From contig CAYIMH010000001.1 of NCBI GenBank assembly GCA_964364525.1, positions 1-31,201 on the forward strand: DNA of 31,201 bases. Reading direction: 5' to 3'. The DNA comes from an uncultured Candidatus Saccharibacteria bacterium. GTDB taxonomy: Bacteria; Patescibacteriota; Minisyncoccia; Phycocordibacterales; JACOZG01. Position numbers and translations under genes: made by a program. The notes beneath the pieces were generated by a model. The model ran no database searches and was not told where the DNA came from. It saw only the letters and a program-made list of their open reading frames with translations. Positions 25,987-31,201 of this stretch are shown in pieces; the first letter of the stretch is position 1; each line of letters begins with the position of its first letter.

Positions 25987-27231
25987 CTACTCCGCTTCAA
26001 GCGCTTCGCGCGTATATCTATTCGACGGCGCCCAGAGCATCCAGCTGGTTAGACCAGCATCATAAGTGGCTTGGATTTGCGCGCGAACTTCGGCCGGACC
26101 GTAATTGCCGCCGTAATCAAAGTCCTGGAGCCAGGGGCGGATTTTATTCTTATCGTAAACCGGCTTGGCGTAGATCGCCGGCGTAGTGGTGCCCATCCGC
26201 GCATGGGCCGCCGCCGCGACCGGCGTGGTGCTGGCGGTCGTTCGCGCCGCCGCGCTGTCCAGCGCTAATTTAATTACTTCGTAAATATGCTCGTTGGGAT
26301 TGCTCCAATTATTGAAACCGCGGGGATAATGTGAAGGGTAAATCATCGGCGCGACATAATCGAAATAGGGCAGGGCGCGCTCGAGAACTTGGCCGATATT
26401 TAAATCATCGGTATTGGTGGTAGTCATGCCAAAAAGATCGACCGACAAAATCGCGCCGGTAGAATCCAATTGATCGCGGAGATAATTAAAAAACTCTTCT
26501 AATTTTTCTGGCTTACTTTTTCCTTCACTATAGGCGAAAGCGATATCCTGCATATTGCCGTCGGAGGGATAGCGCACGTAGTCAAAATTCAATTCGTCGA
26601 AACCGAGCGCGTAAGATTCCTCCGCCAAGGTAACGATGTAATCCCAAAAAGGCTTGGCCCCCACGTCAATGAAGGCCAAACCTTTTTTATCTTTCCACAC
26701 GCCGCCGTCACTTGTCCGCTTAACCGCGAGCTCGGGGTGAGCGGCAGTATAAAGCGGATCCTGAAAAACAGTGATCCGCCCAATGACATAAATTTCTTTA
26801 CTGTGCAAATGAGCGACAAAATCCTTCATGTCCGTAGCGCCGCATTTATCCGAGACGTAGGGCGCGAGGGCCAGTGTGTCGGTGGGGAAAGCAATGCCTC
26901 CAGAATAATCTTTGATGTCAATGATGACGCTGTTTAGTTCGGTCTCGTCAATTAATTTGACTAACTCGGCGCGGAAGGAGGGCGTCCCGGCCACGCATTG
27001 AGTCATGTAGATGGCCTTCAACGGTTCGGGTGTCGGCCGGCGAGCGACCAGCGGCGGTAAAGCAGGAGCAACAGCGTCGTTGGCCGCCGCCGTATTATTG
27101 CTAGCAACGGTGTAGACGAACGGTGCCGATAGAACCGGCCAAACAAAAAAGACCAGCCAGCCGAGGGCGGAAGCCGACAACAAAACCACCACCAAGTGTG
27201 GCCACCTAGCTTGGAGACATCGCTGATTCAT
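25987..27231 (-). CDS. Membrane-anchored putative glycoside hydrolase (DUF4015-like TIM barrel)
   Basis: Start refined to the ATG at 27231. N-terminal TM helix; KAIYMT, IDIKDYSG, GRITVFQDP, GFDELNFDYVRYPSDG, PMIYPSHY, IRPWLQDF, SWMLW. Confidence 0.8.
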   Translation of the reverse strand: MNQRCLQARWPHLVVVLLSASALGWLVFFVWPVLSAPFVYTVASNNTAAANDAVAPALPPLVARRPTPEPLKAIYMTQCVAGTPSFRAELVKLIDETELNSVIIDIKDYSGGIAFPTDTLALAPYVSDKCGATDMKDFVAHLHSKEIYVIGRITVFQDPLYTAAHPELAVKRTSDGGVWKDKKGLAFIDVGAKPFWDYIVTLAEESYALGFDELNFDYVRYPSDGNMQDIAFAYSEGKSKPEKLEEFFNYLRDQLDSTGAILSVDLFGMTTTNTDDLNIGQVLERALPYFDYVAPMIYPSHYPRGFNNWSNPNEHIYEVIKLALDSAAARTTASTTPVAAAAHARMGTTTPAIYAKPVYDKNKIRPWLQDFDYGGNYGPAEVRAQIQATYDAGLTSWMLWAPSNRYTREALEAE

Positions 27232-27427
27232 CACCTTTAAGATCTGGAATCTTGGGTGCCGGCGACCGGCGACCGCGAACGCGCGCCAGCGAGAATAGGA
27301 CAATAAGCAGAGCTAAAAAGCTAATCAGGCCCGCCCGTAATTTCTCCGGCAGACTCAACCAGGGCAGGATAACCACCAGTAGACCGAGGAAAAAATTATT
27401 CCAATTTTTAGCTTCTTGGTTATACAT
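27206..27427 (-). CDS. Small hypothetical membrane protein (two hydrophobic segments)
   Basis: 73-aa ORF (NFFLGLLVVILPWLSLP...GLISFLALLIVLFSL) fills the gap between murC and the hydrolase on the same strand. Confidence 0.6.
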   Translation of the reverse strand: MYNQEAKNWNNFFLGLLVVILPWLSLPEKLRAGLISFLALLIVLFSLARVRGRRSPAPKIPDLKGDESAMSPS

Positions 27428-27454
27428 TCCGTTAGCAAATTAGGGACACGAAAA

Positions 27455-28789
27455 TTATACCAGACTGTCGCCAAGACGCGAAATATCGCCGGCGCCAAGG
27501 AGAATAATCACCTCATCCGCCACCGCCACCCGCTTTAAATAAGAAATAATTTCAGAGAAAGAGGCGAGGTGGCGCGCCGTTTTACCAGTCTGCCTTATCG
27601 CCGCCGCCAAGTCCACGCTGCTGACCCTGGAATCCGGCTTCTCTCGCGCCGCATAAATATCAGTAACAATCACTTCGTCAGCGTCAGTAAAAGAAATGGC
27701 GAAGTCGGCAAACAAGGCCCTGGTCCGGCTATACAGATGGGGCTGGAACACGGCGATAATTTTTTTACTCGGGAAGGCTTCACGCGTCCCCTGGAGAGCC
27801 GCTCGAATCTTCGGCGGATTATGGGCGTAATCGTCGTAGACTAAAGCGCCGCTTGACATTCGGCCAACAAACTCAAAACGCCGCCAGACACCCTTAAAAT
27901 GACTGAGGGCCTCGAGCGCCCTAGCCGGAGCTATTCCCAAAGCTTCGGCCGCCCCGAGCGTCGCCCGAGCATTAGCCAGGTTGTGGCGTCCCGGCACCAT
28001 TAACTTCAACTCATCGCTCCGACCCGCCAGCGCCGAGTAATCAATCCGCTTAGCCGTAACCGCTTCGATCACCGGCGCTAGATTGGCTTGAGCGCCGTCA
28101 TAAATCACAAACCCGTCGGCTGGCACTTTAGTGGCCAGCGCGACAAAAGCTGACTGGATATCAGCCAGGTCATGATAATAATCCAAATGATCAAGATCAA
28201 TGTTGGTAATGACTAATACTTGCGGCGAGAGACTAAGAAAGGCGCGCTGATATTCGTCCGCCTCGACCAACAAATAATTCCGACCGCCGGCTCCGAACCT
28301 CGTCGAAGGGGCGATAAAATTAGTCAGCTCGGCCGTCGGGCCATCTAAGAGTAGCGCCCCCACCACCACCGTCGGGTCAAGACCGGCCTCCATCATTATT
28401 TTGGCCAGCATCGCGGTCGTCGTGGTTTTACCGTGCGTCCCGGCCACCGCGATAGTGTAATAACCGCAGGCAATTTCCCCCAAAACGGCCGGATAAGATT
28501 GGAGCGGTAGGCCTAGTGTGCTTAATTCTTCTAAGAATTCCGGCGCCGCCACCTTAATCGCATTAGAATAAACAATCAGATCAAGGTCGCGTGGAACCAA
28601 CTCCAGACTCTGGCCGATATCTACTTTGATACCAGTGCGCATGAGCATTTCGGTAATCTTAGACCGATTCTCGTTGCAACCGCTAACCCTTTTGCCGGCC
28701 ACCAAGAACAGACGCGCCAGGGCCGAGATACCAATGCCGCCGATGCCGACGAAATAAACCCGCTCCACTCGAGTTAAAATATCACTCAT
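27455..28789 (-). CDS. murC: UDP-N-acetylmuramate--L-alanine ligase
   Basis: FVGIGGIGISALA, AVAGTHGKTTTT, VEADEY, ITNIDLDHLDYY, PGRHNLANA, GVWRRFE, DDYAHNP, FQPHLYSRT, LGAGDI. Confidence 0.95.
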   Translation of the reverse strand: MSDILTRVERVYFVGIGGIGISALARLFLVAGKRVSGCNENRSKITEMLMRTGIKVDIGQSLELVPRDLDLIVYSNAIKVAAPEFLEELSTLGLPLQSYPAVLGEIACGYYTIAVAGTHGKTTTTAMLAKIMMEAGLDPTVVVGALLLDGPTAELTNFIAPSTRFGAGGRNYLLVEADEYQRAFLSLSPQVLVITNIDLDHLDYYHDLADIQSAFVALATKVPADGFVIYDGAQANLAPVIEAVTAKRIDYSALAGRSDELKLMVPGRHNLANARATLGAAEALGIAPARALEALSHFKGVWRRFEFVGRMSSGALVYDDYAHNPPKIRAALQGTREAFPSKKIIAVFQPHLYSRTRALFADFAISFTDADEVIVTDIYAAREKPDSRVSSVDLAAAIRQTGKTARHLASFSEIISYLKRVAVADEVIILLGAGDISRLGDSLV

Positions 28790-28800
28790 ACAGTAGCGCC

Positions 28801-28806
28801 ATTATA
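28801..28806 (-). promoter_or_regulatory. -10 element of murC (near-leaderless)
   Basis: TATAAT lies 11 nt upstream of the ATG at 28789, with no Shine-Dalgarno sequence. Confidence 0.4.
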
Positions 28807-28831
28807 ACGCGCTAGTTAAAACCAAGTGAGA

Positions 28832-28860
28832 TTGACAAGATAACCGCATTGTGCTAGCCT
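28832..28860 (+). promoter_or_regulatory. Sigma70-type promoter with extended -10
   Basis: TTGACA, 17-nt spacer ending in TGTGC, then TAGCCT. AGGAG at 28906-28910 precedes the GTG at 28919. Confidence 0.6.
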
Positions 28861-28918
28861 AACAATTAGCGGTGATATTGGGTCACCTCAATTCGAACAA
28901 TAAACAGGAGACCAGTGA

Positions 28919-29212
28919 GTGTATAGTAAAAAAAATTTGCGATACGTGGTTTGCGTTCCTGACGGCCAAGGCGGAACGATTTTTCAGACTAGCAATAAAC
29001 TCCCCCGGGGTGTTAGTCTCGATCTCCGAGCGGGAAACTGGTCGTTCGACGGCGGGCTATTCACCATCGGCCACGGCCTACGAGTGACTGATGACGATGA
29101 GTTCTTGTTTGGGCCAGTCTTTGTTTATGACTCGACAGTGGAAGAAGAATGCCGCGCCCGCCAGCAGCTGATCAACGACAAAATCGAGTATAACCGGGCC
29201 GTTACGGTTTAA
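28919..29212 (+). CDS. Hypothetical protein (97 aa)
   Basis: The ORF has its own promoter, Shine-Dalgarno sequence and downstream terminator. No family recognised. Confidence 0.65.
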   Translation: MYSKKNLRYVVCVPDGQGGTIFQTSNKLPRGVSLDLRAGNWSFDGGLFTIGHGLRVTDDDEFLFGPVFVYDSTVEEECRARQQLINDKIEYNRAVTV

Positions 29213-29238
29213 CTAAGATCATTGTTCAACAGCACCCC

Positions 29239-29271
29239 GACCTCCTGGCCTAGAAGCTTGGAGGTCTTTTT
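29239..29271 (+). terminator. Probable intrinsic terminator between convergent genes
   Basis: GACCTCC...GGAGGTC stem followed by TTTTT, abutting the murD stop codon. Confidence 0.6.
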
Positions 29272-30589
29272 ATTTTAATTTCTTGACTAAGCCAGCAAAT
29301 TTCTCCCCCCGGTCAAATTCGTTTTTAAATAGACCAAAGGAAGCAAAACCGGGGCTAAAGAGAATGGTGTCACCGCGCCTAGCTGATAAGATCGCCGCAC
29401 TTACCGCTCGGCGCAAGTCAGTCGCATCAATAATTTTAATTTTCAAATTCTGAATTAGAGGTTTCAACTTCTCCGTACCAGCCCCGGGCAACAAGATAAG
29501 CTCTTGGCAATATCTAGAGAGCGGACCAACCAAGTCGCCGAGAGGCAAATTTTTATCCGCGCCACCGGCGATTAAAATCACTTTTTTCTGCTGACCCAGA
29601 GCCTTCAGGGCTGCCAACAAGGCGTCGGGGGTGGTCGAGGTGGTGTCATTATAAATTTTTACCCCCCGGACCACCCGCAACCATTCCAAACGGCCGGGCA
29701 AACCGACAAAATTCTCGACGACCTTTTTCACCAACTTTTTATCTAGGCCCAAGATCTCGGCGACTCTTATTGCGCAGGCAATATTTTTGTGATTATGCTT
29801 ACCGAGTAATTTTATTTTCCAATTCTTTGGTACTACTGTCGTCAATTCCCAACCCCGGATCGCGTAATCACCCGGCTGTTGCCATTTGAAAATGTTTTCC
29901 TTGTCGGCCCAATATCTAGCCATCGCTTCGTTGGTGGTGAGCGTCGTTGAACCATAATAATTTAAGTGATCGGTCATAAAGTTAGTAAAAATAGCAATGT
30001 GCGGACTGATTTTTGCCTCCCCAAAACCCTGCAATTGCCAAGAATCCAACTCGAGTACTGCCCAATCCCCCGACTTAACTTTTTTTAACAAGGCTAGAGT
30101 CGAAATGCCCTTCACGTTGCCACCAAGCCACACCCGACGACCAGATTTTTTCAAAATCTCATAAATAAGTTGCGTCGTTGTGGATTTGCCCCGCGTGCCC
30201 GTGACGCCAATAATCTTAACGCCACGTTCCATCGCCATCTTGGCAAACAGAGCCACGCTGGTGATGACCGCCACGCCCGTTCGTCGCGCCTCGGCCAAGT
30301 ACGGCGAATTAAGCGGGGTATTGGAAGTTTGAATAATCAGATCGCGATGATGGAAATCGTCCAAACGATGTTGGCCTAAAATGAATTTGATGTTTTCATA
30401 ATTTTTAATCGGCTGTAATTTTTTCAATGACAGCGCCAATTCGTCTTTGGTCTTTAGGTCCGTCACGATTAAACTCGCCCCCGCCTCGGCCAAAAACTGG
30501 GCATCACCAACGCCGCGCCCCAGAAGACCCAAACCCATGAGCGTAATTTTCTGACCGGCAAAATAATTTCGATCGATTACCGACTTCAT
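29270..30589 (-). CDS. murD: UDP-N-acetylmuramoyl-L-alanine--D-glutamate ligase
   Basis: MGLGLLGRG, IGVTGTRGKSTT, GGNV, VLELDSWQL, FTNFMTDHLNYY, PGRLE, YNDTTSTTP, IAGGADK, LFSPGFASFGLFKNEFDRG. Confidence 0.95.
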   Translation of the reverse strand: MKSVIDRNYFAGQKITLMGLGLLGRGVGDAQFLAEAGASLIVTDLKTKDELALSLKKLQPIKNYENIKFILGQHRLDDFHHRDLIIQTSNTPLNSPYLAEARRTGVAVITSVALFAKMAMERGVKIIGVTGTRGKSTTTQLIYEILKKSGRRVWLGGNVKGISTLALLKKVKSGDWAVLELDSWQLQGFGEAKISPHIAIFTNFMTDHLNYYGSTTLTTNEAMARYWADKENIFKWQQPGDYAIRGWELTTVVPKNWKIKLLGKHNHKNIACAIRVAEILGLDKKLVKKVVENFVGLPGRLEWLRVVRGVKIYNDTTSTTPDALLAALKALGQQKKVILIAGGADKNLPLGDLVGPLSRYCQELILLPGAGTEKLKPLIQNLKIKIIDATDLRRAVSAAILSARRGDTILFSPGFASFGLFKNEFDRGEKFAGLVKKLK

Positions 30590-31200
30590 AAAGTTAATAA
30601 GCGGGCCGATAAGACCGGAGCAAAGATCAATCCGACTACCAGTGCGACCAAGCCGAGAACGGCACAGGCGCGCAGCCAGCGCCGGCGCTTCAGATCATCG
30701 CCGCTGGCCACTTCGACCTCCGGCTTCAATAACTTCAACCGCAAATAAATTTGAAAAAAATAAATTAGGCTAAGTGGCGAAATCAGCAACGCCGACACTA
30801 TCACGCCGAGGAATTTGCTAATCAGAAATGTCGCGCTAGCCACCGGCAGAGCCGCCGCCAAGAGCAAGAGCAGGCGACCAAAAATTGACCACCAATAATG
30901 TTCCACGTACGCCCAACTTGCCACCAGGGTCGAGAGGCCGCGCGTCTTCTGGTCAATCAAGATAAACAAGGCGAGCGTCAAATAAATCATCCAGACCAGA
31001 CCGGGAATCGCCAGAGCCACCAGGCCACCCAACACCACCAAGATCAACAGACACGTCAACCAGATGAGGGGCAGAAATAAAACTAAAGCCCGACGATAAG
31101 CGACGCCACAAGTCAGCTCCGCCGAGTCGCCCTCGCTAACCAACAGGCTAATCAGCGCCGCCTTAGCCAGCAAGGCCGCAAGTAAACCTAAAATGAGCGC
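30586..31200 (-). CDS. Multi-pass membrane protein of unknown function; 5' end beyond the window
   Basis: Several hydrophobic helices. The frame stays open upstream of 31173 to the window edge, and the stop overlaps the murD start (ATGA). Confidence 0.75.
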   Translation of the reverse strand, partial: ALILGLLAALLAKAALISLLVSEGDSAELTCGVAYRRALVLFLPLIWLTCLLILVVLGGLVALAIPGLVWMIYLTLALFILIDQKTRGLSTLVASWAYVEHYWWSIFGRLLLLLAAALPVASATFLISKFLGVIVSALLISPLSLIYFFQIYLRLKLLKPEVEVASGDDLKRRRWLRACAVLGLVALVVGLIFAPVLSARLLTL

Positions 31201-31201
31201 G

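Noticed and set aside
27259-27279. CCGGCGA x2 plus CCGCGAA heptamer run in the small membrane gene
   Set aside because: Only two exact units in GC-rich sequence; may be another period-7 array but is not distinguishable from chance.
29431-29458. ATT-led 7-nt periodicity in murD (IQNLKIKI)
   Set aside because: Too degenerate and explained by AT-rich Ile/Lys/Asn codons.
1-31201. tRNA, rRNA, riboswitch, transposase or prophage genes
   Set aside because: None recognised; intergenic gaps are short (at most ~135 nt) and are accounted for by promoters and terminators. A covariance-model search was not possible.

Overview
This looks like a compact bacterial genome segment using genetic code 11 (TGA is used as stop, with many ATGA-type overlaps). 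Gene content and style suggest Patescibacteria/CPR, Parcubacteria-like; this is an inference. Left end (1-1688): a succinyl-CoA-synthetase-fold beta/alpha pair whose beta subunit carries ATP-citrate-lyase/citryl-CoA-synthetase motifs (NYTEYSGNP, VANFTD). Centre (1742-23634): a ~22 kb surface-glycan locus with strand switches, containing eight GT4-type glycosyltransferases, two further GT-B-like proteins, four SAM methyltransferases, an ABC exporter, a P-loop kinase, an SGNH hydrolase, a polysaccharide deacetylase and a Nudix(gmm-like)-gmd-fcl GDP-fucose module. Right end: a VirD4/TrwB-like ATPase, a GNA1-type GNAT, a putative glycoside hydrolase, murC, an orphan gene, murD and a partial membrane protein. 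The most unusual signal is at DNA level: several genes carry short in-frame repeat or palindrome-like segments. These are a 63-nt double palindrome in a GT4 gene, three AAGCTRA heptamer arrays that each deviate at the codon that would be a stop, a 21-nt hairpin nested in one array, and similar ~21-nt segments in murC and murD. They may be a family of protein-coding selfish or mutational mini-elements. No rRNA, tRNA, CRISPR array or transposase was seen.
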